Below, piece after piece: positions 9,485-18,758 of a DNA stretch of 64,000 nucleotides. The stretch spans positions 5,892 through 69,891 of the forward strand of contig JBBIRO010000009.1 in assembly GCA_037441775.1 (NCBI GenBank), written 5' to 3'. The DNA comes from Syntrophobacterales bacterium (lineage in GTDB: Bacteria; Desulfobacterota; Syntrophia; Syntrophales; CAMTWB01). The position numbers were made by a program, and so were the translations under genes. Every line of letters begins with the position of its first letter. The first letter of the stretch is position 1. The notes under the pieces were generated by a model, which saw only the letters and a program-made list of their open reading frames with translations, was not told the origin of the DNA and did no database searches.

Positions 9485-10321
9485 CTATTGCAGACTGGTC
9501 AGTGGCGCCCCCATTTTCCCTGTTATCGTGAGGGCGAAGCGCTTGCCCGGGGTGGTTTCCAGTGAGCCCCGCATATCCAGGAGGCTCTCCGACAGCTCTT
9601 CCGGATCGAGCAGGAGCGTTCCGGTCATACTGGCCCGCAGTCCCTCGCCGACCAGGGTAAGCCGCGATATTTTAATCTGTCGGCCTTGGAAATCCAGTTT
9701 TAGCTCCAGATCCTTGAATTCGGCTTTATCCAGGCCGGCTATTTTTTCCGGCAGATGATAGACGCCCTTCTTGATATACAATTCGACCTGGCCTCCACCT
9801 GGCTTATCGGGCCTGGCCGCATCTGCCTGTTGATAAAAGAAGCTGCCCGCGAGGGTGCCGGTAAGCTTCTTGCCCGTCGGCCCCTGGAGATAGAGACAAC
9901 GGCCGATATCTACCTGGCTTAGGTCTAGCTTCACTGTCATTGGCCGCGGGGCGAATCTGGAAAGGTTAGGTGCGATCCAGCCCGCGATTTTTCCGCCGTA
10001 GATGTTACCCGCGATGACCAACTGAGGCTTGAGGAATAGGAGACTCAGCCAATTGGGGCTGATTGTCAGCTGCTGGAGGGCGATTGTTTCCGCTCTCCTG
10101 TCCCTTATGGCATAGGATACTCCCCGCAGGGTCAATCCCAGCGGGAAGGCCGTTTCCGCATTGCCGATAGTCAGCTCCGCCTCGGGGGCCAAACGAAAAA
10201 AGGCCTGTTGTAAATAACTCTTCAGCTCCTGGGCCGGAAAGAGCAGATAGAGAAAGAGCCAGGAGAAAAAAACCCCCAGGAAAATATATCCGGCCAGACG
10301 CTTGAGCTTACCTGGCTTCAT
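9485..10321 (-). CDS. gspN: GspN-like type II secretion protein (Geobacter/Leptospira type)
   Basis: 278 aa with a single N-terminal TM (YIFLGVFFSWLFLYLLF). It sits directly after gspM with a 4-nt overlap. The assignment rests on position and architecture only. Confidence 0.5.
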   Translation of the reverse strand: MKPGKLKRLAGYIFLGVFFSWLFLYLLFPAQELKSYLQQAFFRLAPEAELTIGNAETAFPLGLTLRGVSYAIRDRRAETIALQQLTISPNWLSLLFLKPQLVIAGNIYGGKIAGWIAPNLSRFAPRPMTVKLDLSQVDIGRCLYLQGPTGKKLTGTLAGSFFYQQADAARPDKPGGGQVELYIKKGVYHLPEKIAGLDKAEFKDLELKLDFQGRQIKISRLTLVGEGLRASMTGTLLLDPEELSESLLDMRGSLETTPGKRFALTITGKMGAPLTSLQ

Positions 10322-10863
10322 GGGGACGTCCTCCGTGGTTGATAGGTTGCCACCTGCATCCCGACGGCCAGGTAACCGGCCGGCTCTTTCATCCTGCTGA
10401 TGGCAAGCTTTTTTACCTGCAAGAAGGCCTCGGGCGATTCAAGGAGCGCGATGAACTGGGTAAGCTGTTTTAACGTCAGTTTCTCCAGCCTGATGTCCAG
10501 GGGTATCTCTTCATAACCCCCGACGGTGGTCCCCCGCCCGACAGTCATCGACCGGATGTTTCCCCTCACCCCGGAGTCGCCCGCCTGTTTCTCTACATAG
10601 GAAAAGATGCTGAAATCTTTCGGTCGCAAGGCCAGACGCCGCTGAAAATCGTCCTCGCGATTCTTGAGTTTTTCGTAACTGGCGACTTGCAACAGCAGAT
10701 CATGGAGGGTCCTTTCCTGGGTTGCGATCCCCTGTGTCAGGGTTGTCCTGGCCTCACGCCAGGGCAGATAGAAAAACTGGATGGCTGCCAAGAGCGCGAC
10801 AACTGCCAAGGCGCCCCGGAGATACCAGTGTTCCCGTAAAGCTATCCTCGCCGGCCACCTCAT
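10318..10863 (-). CDS. gspM: GspM-like type II secretion inner-membrane protein
   Basis: 181 aa with an N-terminal TM (LRGALAVVALLAAIQFFYL). It overlaps gspL and gspN by 4 nt each. The assignment rests on position and architecture. Confidence 0.6.
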   Translation of the reverse strand: MRWPARIALREHWYLRGALAVVALLAAIQFFYLPWREARTTLTQGIATQERTLHDLLLQVASYEKLKNREDDFQRRLALRPKDFSIFSYVEKQAGDSGVRGNIRSMTVGRGTTVGGYEEIPLDIRLEKLTLKQLTQFIALLESPEAFLQVKKLAISRMKEPAGYLAVGMQVATYQPRRTSP

Positions 10864-12326
10864 TTTGTCACCCTGATGGCCAGGTCAAAGGTGACCGTCT
10901 TGGCGTCTTTCTGCAGATTGGTGGCGCCTAAGGTCACCGAGGAGAAGAGTGGCGATCTGGCCAGCGCCTCCCTGACCTTCTCCACCGTCTCAAAGTCCCG
11001 CGCCTCCCCTTTAATCGCCATATTACCCTCCTCCAGGCTCAAACTATGGAGCAGCACCTCCTGGCCGGCCAGTATCAACACCGATAATTCCTGCAAGACA
11101 GAAAGCACGCCCGGCCCGCCGGTTAAATCGACGATGCCTGTCTGTTCTTTTCGGCGCTGTTCGATCAGCCCCTTCATTTGCTGCACCGGATCAACCTGCC
11201 GTCCGCCTCCGGGGTAATGCCGTTTAAACACCTCCGACACTTCCGATTTAAGCGAGAAAAATCTATTTTGGGCCAGCTTGTAATCCAGGTAGCCCTCCAG
11301 ACCGATTAATAACAGCAGTATTAACCATAAAATTTTTGCTCTGCCGGACCATTGAAGTGGGGGATTATCCGGTTGTTGACTTTTCGCAAAATCGAGGCCG
11401 CCGCTCCTGGATCTCAACGCCAAAGCCAGGGCCTGATCCATCAGGCCGCCAACCCAGCCTCGGGCAACATTTTCTTCCAGCGCCAAAGGGATGCGCCGGC
11501 ACAGGTCCAGCTGTTCCACCGGAACGTGAAGCGATTCGGCCAGCATTTCCGCTATCCCCGGGAAGAGAGACCCGATTCCCGTCAGATACACCTGGATGAT
11601 TTCACCATCGGCGAAGCCACGTAACTGGAGAAAGGCGTGGGTGTTTTGCACCTCGCCTGACAGGTCGGCGATGAACGCCGCCAGCGCCGCAGGGGCCGGC
11701 AAATCACGGCCTTCCCAGGGTGATTCCCCGGAGACGCCGTAAGACAAGGCGCGGACGTGACACAACTGCCCCCGGTCCAACCACACTGAAGCAGCTCCCG
11801 CCTTTCCTAAATCCAGAATAACGGCAAGCCCTTTCTGATTCACATACGGCCCCGCCTGACTGCCCAGGATAAACCCGGAACCCTCAAGGATAGCGTCCGT
11901 AAGTCCGTTGTTCCGTAACCGGGCGAGACGTTCCTGCACCGAGGCGCGGCTGGACAGAATGGCCAGCACATCCTGCGGTTTCCCCTGTCCCACCAGGAGA
12001 AAATCCAGCGCCGCATCGCCCAGCGGACGGCCAAGAAGGGCGGCCAGTTCAAAAGGCAGTACCTCGCCAATTTTCTTTTTGTCCTGAAAGGGCAGTTGCA
12101 GATGACGGACAGTGAGCTCCGCTAATGGCAGGGACGTAACAACCCGGCTGAAGGAGGCACCTGTTTCTGAAACGAGGTTCTTGATGGCCCCCTCCAGTTC
12201 CTCCCCCGCCGAAAACTGTCGGGCATAGGTTTTTGTGATCCGCGCCCCGCCCCCTGCCGGGCGCTCCAGGAGGACGGCATAAAGGGCATCAGCCCCGATG
12301 TCTAAACCCAGGATCCTCTCCGCCAT
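10860..12326 (-). CDS. gspL: GspL-like assembly protein (PilM-like actin-fold N-domain, TM segment, periplasmic PilN/GspL-like domain)
   Basis: 488 aa. ILGLDIGADALYAVLLE matches an ASKHA phosphate-1-like start. A central TM segment is ILWLILLLLIGLEGYL. There is a TAATG overlap with gspK at 12324-12328. Confidence 0.7.
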   Translation of the reverse strand: MAERILGLDIGADALYAVLLERPAGGGARITKTYARQFSAGEELEGAIKNLVSETGASFSRVVTSLPLAELTVRHLQLPFQDKKKIGEVLPFELAALLGRPLGDAALDFLLVGQGKPQDVLAILSSRASVQERLARLRNNGLTDAILEGSGFILGSQAGPYVNQKGLAVILDLGKAGAASVWLDRGQLCHVRALSYGVSGESPWEGRDLPAPAALAAFIADLSGEVQNTHAFLQLRGFADGEIIQVYLTGIGSLFPGIAEMLAESLHVPVEQLDLCRRIPLALEENVARGWVGGLMDQALALALRSRSGGLDFAKSQQPDNPPLQWSGRAKILWLILLLLIGLEGYLDYKLAQNRFFSLKSEVSEVFKRHYPGGGRQVDPVQQMKGLIEQRRKEQTGIVDLTGGPGVLSVLQELSVLILAGQEVLLHSLSLEEGNMAIKGEARDFETVEKVREALARSPLFSSVTLGATNLQKDAKTVTFDLAIRVTK

Positions 12327-13285
12327 TAATCCACCTTCCAGGATATTAGTTGCACCTTCTCCCCGTCTCTTTTTATCACCGCCTCGATGGTTCTGGTCAT
12401 CCTGTCCCGGCTCGCTTGCGCAATAATCATGAAACTGCTGCTTTTTACGGTCAAGAGGCCATGCTGGTCAAAAGTATCACCAACAATTGCCTTGTACCAG
12501 TCCGGCCGGGACAGGTCGTTCTTTTCGTCCCGCCTGTACTGGTCAAGTTTCTCCACCATATCCTCCGTTAACCCGTCACGAAAGGCCAATATGACCTCGC
12601 GCGGGGCCGTATTGATATTTATCTTGCCGTTGCCCCAGAGGGTAAGAAATTTTTTCAACCCGGGGCTCTTGGCCGTTCCATAAAAAAGCTCCCTGGTTAT
12701 TCCCCTGATCATAAGGAGTTCTTCCAGGGCATCAAGAGGCCCATTTTTTGCCTCATAGGGGTTGGCCAGCGCCCGGTAGTAGTCGCTTTCCGCCCCGCCT
12801 GAGGTTGTCTCGTCATCAGGATCAAGCCAGTCCTGGAGGCTGGCTATGATTTCATCGGCCTTACCGCCGGCCAGCCCGAATTCCGGCAGCTTCAGGAGGC
12901 GCAGGAGGATGTCCCGGATCGGCTCATAGACCCGATTGCCCTCATAAAAGCGTTGCAGCGGGATCTTCCCCATTTCGTCTTCAATAACTAAAGTAAGGGC
13001 ACCGGACCCAAATAAAAGGCTCGCCTTGGCGGCAAATTCATCAGCCTTGGCCCAGCTTTCCGTAAGAGAGTCGTAATTGTTTTTATCCAGCGCCAAAAAG
13101 GCCTCGCCGCCATTGAACCCGGATTTGGCCAGATAGTAGAGCTTAAAGCCGTCGCCCAGGTTGGCCGCCTCTTGCAATTGTGTCCTGGCGGCGCGACTCA
13201 GTGCCACGACAGCTCCGACCAGAATCGTGATGACCAAGAGCACGGTTACCAGGGCAAACCCTCTTTGTTTTAACGCGGCTGTCAT
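12326..13285 (-). CDS. gspK: Minor pseudopilin GspK
   Basis: 319 aa. N-terminus QRGFALVTVLLVITIL is pilin-like and lacks Glu5, as in GspK. The INTAPREVI motif of the GspK helix-hairpin-helix region is present. Confidence 0.85.
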   Translation of the reverse strand: MTAALKQRGFALVTVLLVITILVGAVVALSRAARTQLQEAANLGDGFKLYYLAKSGFNGGEAFLALDKNNYDSLTESWAKADEFAAKASLLFGSGALTLVIEDEMGKIPLQRFYEGNRVYEPIRDILLRLLKLPEFGLAGGKADEIIASLQDWLDPDDETTSGGAESDYYRALANPYEAKNGPLDALEELLMIRGITRELFYGTAKSPGLKKFLTLWGNGKININTAPREVILAFRDGLTEDMVEKLDQYRRDEKNDLSRPDWYKAIVGDTFDQHGLLTVKSSSFMIIAQASRDRMTRTIEAVIKRDGEKVQLISWKVD

Positions 13286-14022
13286 GGTGCATCCCGGGCT
13301 AAAGGCAGCAGGAACCGCGTAAAAAAGCGTCGGGGCGGTCTGTTCTCCCCTTCCTGCAGGTGCAGTTCCAACTCCACCATCCGGGGAAGGGGTCCCGGCT
13401 TGCCCCCGGGCGGCGCCGCGGTCTCCCAGCTTTCATGGAGTTTTTTCTCGCCGTCATAAAAACGCAGATAGAGGGCCTCGACATCCTCGCAGACAACAAA
13501 CCCCTGTTCCTTACTATCTTTCACTGCTGGCAGCAACGCCGTTTCCCGGTGCAGGTGGTTGCGGCCTTCACTGTCCTTGCTGACCCGGTAGAGCACCTTG
13601 TTGATTCCCGCCGGTTGGGCCTCATCCCAGATATTGCCGCGGTTTTTTGCTGAGAAAAAGAGGTGTGCATAGTCTTTGTTCCCCTTGACCTCAGACGCCG
13701 CCGAAAAAACAAAATGGCCGCGAAAAGGTGCCAGCGCCATCAGATCCCTTCCCAGGATGTCCATTGCCGCGCGGGCCGACTGGTAAGCTCTGGCCTGTCC
13801 TTCTCCCTCTTTTGTAAGCGAGAAGATATCCCGGTAGGAAGACCAGACGGCCGAGAGCACCAAGGCAAGGATAAACAATGCCAAAAGTACCTCTAGCAGG
13901 GTGAACCCCGCCCGGGGTGAGCGAGACAGGCCGCGTGTGTTTAGGCTGTAGGATGAATGCCTCCGCTGGTTCAATCTTGCAGATGGAGCCGCAATATTTA
14001 TAATATCTCGGGCAACGGGCAA
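13282..14022 (-). CDS. gspJ: Minor pseudopilin GspJ-like
   Basis: Prepilin motif AG/FTLLEVLLALFILALVL. The ORF begins at TTG 14022 (AGAGG 8 nt upstream), which gives a 39-aa leader. The next candidate start, TTG at codon 17, still gives 23 aa. The true start is uncertain. Confidence 0.7.
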   Translation of the reverse strand: MPVARDIINIAAPSARLNQRRHSSYSLNTRGLSRSPRAGFTLLEVLLALFILALVLSAVWSSYRDIFSLTKEGEGQARAYQSARAAMDILGRDLMALAPFRGHFVFSAASEVKGNKDYAHLFFSAKNRGNIWDEAQPAGINKVLYRVSKDSEGRNHLHRETALLPAVKDSKEQGFVVCEDVEALYLRFYDGEKKLHESWETAAPPGGKPGPLPRMVELELHLQEGENRPPRRFFTRFLLPLARDAP

Positions 14023-14224
14023 TGGTCACGCCTCTTTAATGTTGTCCAACTCGTAATAAGTCTGCAAAACGTAAGTCTTAAGACGGCTTGGTAAAAAATT
14101 CGCCGGAAAAGCGCGCAAATCGCGAGGAATGACATGTGCTTTCCGTACGCCGTGAGTGACGAGGGATTTAGCGCAACGCGGTATCCGAACTTTTAGCAAG
14201 TCGTCAATGTTGTGTCCCATCTGC
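14023..14224. repeat. Copy of the dispersed inverted-repeat element, filling the gspJ-gspI intergenic gap
   Basis: The arms are AGACGGCTTGGTAAAAAATTC (14081-14101) and GAACTTTTAGCAAGTCGTCAAT (14188-14208, reverse orientation). A 54-nt module at 14038-14091 matches 22027-22080 at 47 of 54 positions. The 17-mer GTGACGAGGGATTTAGC (14156-14172) is identical to 43904-43920. Confidence 0.7.
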
Positions 14225-14659
14225 CTAAAACCTAAACATCTTATACAGCAACAGTTGATACGATTCCGGGGAGGGCGCGCTATTTTTTACGGTCAGCTCG
14301 ATCCTCTTCAAGAATGGTATTTCCGTATCCATTACCACCAGTTCCCAGCGATACTGGGGATAATCTGCGCCAAAATCGCCTCTTGAGCTTGACAACTCGA
14401 GCATGTTTGCGGCGTCAACCTGAGCCATCCGCCCCTGCGCGAGGAGGGCGGCGTCGGTCAGAAAATTGGCCCTGGCCGCCATCGCCATGCTCTGCCTCTG
14501 TGACTGGTAAATGGCCAAAAGGGCGATGGCCAGGATGGTCATAGCCAGCATGACCTCCAGGAGCGTGAACCCCCGTCGGGGGTCAGGTCTTGTATCTTGA
14601 TTTTTTGTCTTGCGGCTGTGCCTATCCCCGGCCACCCTCAAAAAAATGTTAAAATACAA
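14225..14659 (-). CDS. gspI: Minor pseudopilin GspI-like
   Basis: Prepilin motif RRG/FTLLEVMLAMTILAIALLAIYQSQ. No ATG, GTG or TTG occurs within 22 codons upstream of the cleavage Gly, so the leader is 22-30 aa depending on the start (TTG 14659, TTG or GTG). Confidence 0.7.
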   Translation of the reverse strand: MYFNIFLRVAGDRHSRKTKNQDTRPDPRRGFTLLEVMLAMTILAIALLAIYQSQRQSMAMAARANFLTDAALLAQGRMAQVDAANMLELSSSRGDFGADYPQYRWELVVMDTEIPFLKRIELTVKNSAPSPESYQLLLYKMFRF

Positions 14660-15137
14660 GACCTGAACCCTCCTCCACTCTGATAGTTGGCAAGATTGGA
14701 TTAATGAAAATCGTCATCTTCCGGGGTCCCAGCTCCAGGTAGATGATGGCTGGCTGGGCGTATCCCTCTTTGTAAAAGTTGATGATCGCCTCGCCAAAGA
14801 AAATCTGCTCGCCCCGGAAGGCATCGACCTTGACGAACCGCACCCCCTCGCCAAGGAGCCGGGCCTCGTCCCTTTTTTTTAATAATTCCTCGGGATTGAG
14901 GTCTTCCCGATAGGCGAAGAAACGCTGCTGATCCAAATTCAAAGACAGATGATAATTCATCTGATCGCGCACCGCCTGGGCGCGCAGTTCGCCTGCCAGA
15001 TAGGTCAGTTTCCTGACCGCCAGGCCAAGCTGGTCGCCGGCGACGATGTCCCGCAGGCGTGGCGCCGCCATAAAAAGGATCGTCCCCAATAGAAGCACCA
15101 CGACCAGTAGTTCGATTATGGTATAGCCCCTATTCAC
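14649..15137 (-). CDS. gspH: Minor pseudopilin GspH-like
   Basis: 162 aa. MNRG/YTIIELLVVVLLLG is a class III signal with Glu5. It overlaps gspG and gspI. Confidence 0.7.
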   Translation of the reverse strand: MNRGYTIIELLVVVLLLGTILFMAAPRLRDIVAGDQLGLAVRKLTYLAGELRAQAVRDQMNYHLSLNLDQQRFFAYREDLNPEELLKKRDEARLLGEGVRFVKVDAFRGEQIFFGEAIINFYKEGYAQPAIIYLELGPRKMTIFINPILPTIRVEEGSGLVF

Positions 15138-15567
15138 TTTCCCAGCTGGTGATGTCTTTATTGCGACCCTCTCCCCCCTCCTCGCCGTCGGCCCCCAGGG
15201 AAGACAGGTCGTAATCTCCGTTCCTTCCCGGGCTTACGTAGCGGAAATCGTTGCCCCAGGGGTCCTTGGGAACCCGGCCCCGCTCCAGGTAGCCCCCCTG
15301 CCGCCAATTCCTGGCCAGCGCTCCAACGGACGGCGGCTCTACCAGTGCCTGCAGGCCCTGGTCGGTTGTGGGATAGCTCCCGTTGTCGATCTTGTAGAGC
15401 CTAAGCGCCGTTTCCAGGCTTTCTATCTGGATGCTGGCTTTAGCTCTTCTGGCCTCATCGGGCCGTCCCATGATCCGGGGAATGATTAAACCCGCCAGGA
15501 TTCCTAGAATGACGATGACCACCATCAATTCGATGAGGGTAAATCCTCCCGCGCTTCGCAATTTCAT
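15130..15567 (-). CDS. gspG: Major pseudopilin GspG
   Basis: The track ORF extends to 15600. I prefer ATG 15567 (GGGAGC RBS upstream), giving MKLRSAGG/FTLIELMVVIVILGILAGLIIPRIMG. The conserved GspG core is present: YKIDNGSYPTTDQGLQAL, PKDPWGNDFRY, DYDLSSLGADG. Confidence 0.92.
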   Translation of the reverse strand: MKLRSAGGFTLIELMVVIVILGILAGLIIPRIMGRPDEARRAKASIQIESLETALRLYKIDNGSYPTTDQGLQALVEPPSVGALARNWRQGGYLERGRVPKDPWGNDFRYVSPGRNGDYDLSSLGADGEEGGEGRNKDITSWESE

Positions 15568-15636
15568 CTGATATCTGCTCCCTATGTTGTCTGGCAACAA
15601 CCGCTGAACCGTGAACCGTTTAACCTCTCTCCAACC

Positions 15637-16860
15637 CTATCGCACCAGTTGGTTCATTTCAAATAGTGGCAGTAAAATAGCAATGACGACAAAACCGACG
15701 ATGAGACCCATCAAAAGAATCATCAGCGGCTCCACCAGGGCGGTAGCCAGCATGATTTTACTCTCCGCCTCCTGTTCATAGGCATCGGCAATGCGGAAAA
15801 GCATCGGTTCCAGATTGCCGCTGTGTTCCCCCAGGGTGAGCATTTCGGTAGCCATCGGCGGGAAAATACCGCCCCGGGCCAGGGGCCGGGAGAGGCTCTC
15901 GCCCTGGGTCACCTCCTGGGCGGCATACTTGATGGCATCCATCAGGATGGTGTTATTTACCACCTTCTGGGCAATTTCCAAAGAGGTCAACATCGGCACT
16001 CCGCTTTGCAACAGGGTTCCCAGGGTGCGGCTGAAACGGGCGACGGCCATTTTCTTGACCAGCGGGCCAATGAGCGGCAGTCGCAACTTGATTCTATCCC
16101 GCAGCCGCTGCCCACCCGCGGTGGCCTTAAGCGCATTGCGCACCAGCAAAAATATCCCTGCCGCGCCTATTGCCATTAACCACCAATAGCTGCCAATTAT
16201 TTCGCTGATCCCGATCAAAAGCAGGGTAACTGCCGGCAGGGTCTGGTTCATCTCTTGAAAGATGCCGGTTATGCTGGGAATAACGAATGCCACCAGAAAA
16301 AAAAGGATCGCCGAACCGGCCAGGAGCATCAGGAGGGGATAGGCCAGCGCCGATTTTATCTTTGCTCGCACGACCTGCTGGTGTTCTCGAAAATTTGCCA
16401 GCCGGTCCATTATGGCAGGCAGGGTGCCGGCCGCCTCCGCCGCCTGAACCATGTAAAGGTAGAGAGGAGAAAAAGTTCGCACGTGGGGGGCAAGGGCGGC
16501 GGAAAGGCTCTTCCCCTCCTTGACCTCCTCCTGGACCTGGGCGAGAAGCTTGCGGAATGCCGGCTGACCAGTCTGGTCCACCAGGATGCTCAGGGCGGAC
16601 ATCAGCGGCAGACCGGCGTTAAGCAATGTCGCCAGATGTCTCGTCGCGGCCGTCACCTCTTTCTGGCCAATCCGCGAAAAGAGCGTCCGGGACATTTCCC
16701 GGGCCTCCCCCTGTTGCTCCGACGCCGCCTCTTCAACGCGCGTTGGGTAGAGTTCTTGATCTTTCAACTTCTGCCAGACGACAGGCAAGGAAGGGGCATC
16801 GATGATTCCTTTTTTCCGGCGTCCCTTTCCGTCTAGAGCCTGGTATGAATAAAGAGGCAT
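15637..16860 (-). CDS. gspF: Type II secretion inner-membrane platform protein GspF
   Basis: 407 aa with two GspF/PilC repeats (LATLLNAGLPL.. and LGTLLQSGVPM..) and three TM regions. Confidence 0.92.
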   Translation of the reverse strand: MPLYSYQALDGKGRRKKGIIDAPSLPVVWQKLKDQELYPTRVEEAASEQQGEAREMSRTLFSRIGQKEVTAATRHLATLLNAGLPLMSALSILVDQTGQPAFRKLLAQVQEEVKEGKSLSAALAPHVRTFSPLYLYMVQAAEAAGTLPAIMDRLANFREHQQVVRAKIKSALAYPLLMLLAGSAILFFLVAFVIPSITGIFQEMNQTLPAVTLLLIGISEIIGSYWWLMAIGAAGIFLLVRNALKATAGGQRLRDRIKLRLPLIGPLVKKMAVARFSRTLGTLLQSGVPMLTSLEIAQKVVNNTILMDAIKYAAQEVTQGESLSRPLARGGIFPPMATEMLTLGEHSGNLEPMLFRIADAYEQEAESKIMLATALVEPLMILLMGLIVGFVVIAILLPLFEMNQLVR

Positions 16861-16976
16861 GTTACCTTCTCAACCTTTAAGATATACAGGGTGCGTTCGG
16901 CGTCTTTGTATCGTAAATTTTGTTTATTGCTATCGTCGGTTCCATCTTGCGGATTGATCCTGCGGCGTCCCCCCCC

Positions 16977-18758
16977 TTACAGGTCCGCCATATCCTGGGG
17001 GGAATCTTCCACCTTGCCCTGTTCGCCCCGCTGGATGGCGATCCTGGTTACCCTGAGCACCTCCTCCGGAGTGGTGAGGCCCATCAGCACCTTGCGTGCT
17101 CCGGCTTGCAAGAGGGTCCGCATCCCCCGCTTCGAGGCCAGTCTGGCGATTTGGGTCGCGTCAGAGCTCTTGAGAATCAACCTCTTCATTTCTTCATCAA
17201 TGAGCATGATTTCAAAGATTGCCGTCCGGCCACGGTAACCCCGGTGCATGCAGTAGGCGCAGCCTGTTTTTCGGTAGAGCCTGCGGTCCTTGATATCCGA
17301 CCGGGACAGGCCGATGTTGGCAAGCACCTCGCCGTTGGGGGTGTAAGGTTCTTTGCAATGCGGGCAAAGAAGGCGCACCAGGCGTTGAGCGACGACTGCA
17401 ATTAAAGAGGAGGTAACGAGATATGGCTCCACCTCCATGTCGATCAGACGGGTAACGGCGCCGGCGGCATCGTTAGTATGGAGGGTGGAAAAGACCAGAT
17501 GCCCGGTCAGCGAGGACTGGATGGCGATCTCCGCCGTCTCCTGATCCCGGATTTCCCCCACCAGAATAACGTCGGGATCCTGCCGGACCAGGGAGCGTAA
17601 ACCTTTGGCGAAGGTCAGGTCAATCTTGGGATTTACCTGGATTTGGCTCACCCCCTCGATCTGGTATTCGATGGGATCCTCGATGGTAATGATGTTAATG
17701 CCGGGACTGTTGATGCTCGTCAGGGCCGCGTAGAGCGTCGTCGTCTTGCCGCTGCCTGTTGGCCCCGTCACCAGCACAATGCCATAGGGTGATCCAATGA
17801 TCCGATTGAAGACCTCCACCTCCTCGCCGTCCATCCCCAATTCGGCAAGCCCAAGCATGGTCTGCGATTTATCGAGCAGCCTTAAGACAACCCGCTCCCC
17901 GAAGGCGGTGGGGATGATGGCCACGCGGACGTCCACGTTTTTTTCCGCAATCTTGAGATCGAGCCGTCCATCCTGGGGAAGCCTCTTTTCGGCGATATTC
18001 AGCCGGGCCATGATCTTGATCCGCGAGGTAAGGGGAGAGTGGATGCGCCGGGGCACGGTAAGAACATCGGAGAGGAGGCCGTCAATGCGGTAGCGCACCT
18101 TGAGGAAATCCTGGTAGGGTTCGATATGGATGTCGCTGGCTCTATCGCGGATGGCGCCGGCTAAAAGAAGATTTACCAGCTTGACGACCGGCGCGTTGCT
18201 CGTCTCGTCGAGCAGGTCGGTGGTCTCTTCGATCTCCGAAATGATCCTTTCCGGGGAATCGCCGTTCATCTCCTGGGCAAATTCCCGCGCCGTCTGCTGA
18301 CTGGCGTTATAAAGACGACTGATGGCCGCCAAAATTACATCCTGGGTGGCCAGGATCAGGACGCCCGCGCCCAGATAACGCCTCAGGTCGTCGATAACAT
18401 CAAGGAGCGTCGGGTCATTGATGGCAATCAAGATCTCATTGCTATTGGCCTTACGCAGGGGAACCACCTTGTGTTTCTTGAGGTAGGACAGCGAGATATC
18501 GCCATGAAAATCATAGGTCAACCCCTCCAGAGGGCTGCCGTTATGGAGCGGAATCCGGAAATGGCGGCTCAAAAGCATAAGCAGCCTTTCCTCCTCGATG
18601 AGTTTGCGCTGCAAAAGCGCCTCCGTGAGGCCGACCCCTTTGTTTTTGAGGAGGGCCAGCACCTCAGTAAGCGTCTCCGCGTCAATCCCCGTTTGCCGGA
18701 GATCCTCCAGCAGGGGGCTAATACCGTTTATCATAGCCAATATTCGCTCAACCGCCAC
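16977..18758 (-). CDS. gspE: Type II secretion ATPase GspE
   Basis: 593 aa. An N-terminal T2SSE_N-like domain is present. Walker A is GPTGSGKTT. The Asp box and His box are present. The tetracysteine motif CPHC..CAYC is present, followed by a ~25-aa C-terminal tail. Confidence 0.95.
   Translation of the reverse strand: MAVERILAMINGISPLLEDLRQTGIDAETLTEVLALLKNKGVGLTEALLQRKLIEEERLLMLLSRHFRIPLHNGSPLEGLTYDFHGDISLSYLKKHKVVPLRKANSNEILIAINDPTLLDVIDDLRRYLGAGVLILATQDVILAAISRLYNASQQTAREFAQEMNGDSPERIISEIEETTDLLDETSNAPVVKLVNLLLAGAIRDRASDIHIEPYQDFLKVRYRIDGLLSDVLTVPRRIHSPLTSRIKIMARLNIAEKRLPQDGRLDLKIAEKNVDVRVAIIPTAFGERVVLRLLDKSQTMLGLAELGMDGEEVEVFNRIIGSPYGIVLVTGPTGSGKTTTLYAALTSINSPGINIITIEDPIEYQIEGVSQIQVNPKIDLTFAKGLRSLVRQDPDVILVGEIRDQETAEIAIQSSLTGHLVFSTLHTNDAAGAVTRLIDMEVEPYLVTSSLIAVVAQRLVRLLCPHCKEPYTPNGEVLANIGLSRSDIKDRRLYRKTGCAYCMHRGYRGRTAIFEIMLIDEEMKRLILKSSDATQIARLASKRGMRTLLQAGARKVLMGLTTPEEVLRVTRIAIQRGEQGKVEDSPQDMADL

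Noticed and set aside
14026-14220. 64-aa minus-strand ORF, with analogous ORFs at 21844-22137, 5661-5903 and 52258-52574
   Set aside because: Each spans a copy of the dispersed repeat. The similar peptide endings (PSRLKTYVLQTYYELDN versus PSRLKTHVLQPYYELNN) reflect DNA repeat identity rather than a protein family. They have no RBS and a biased composition.
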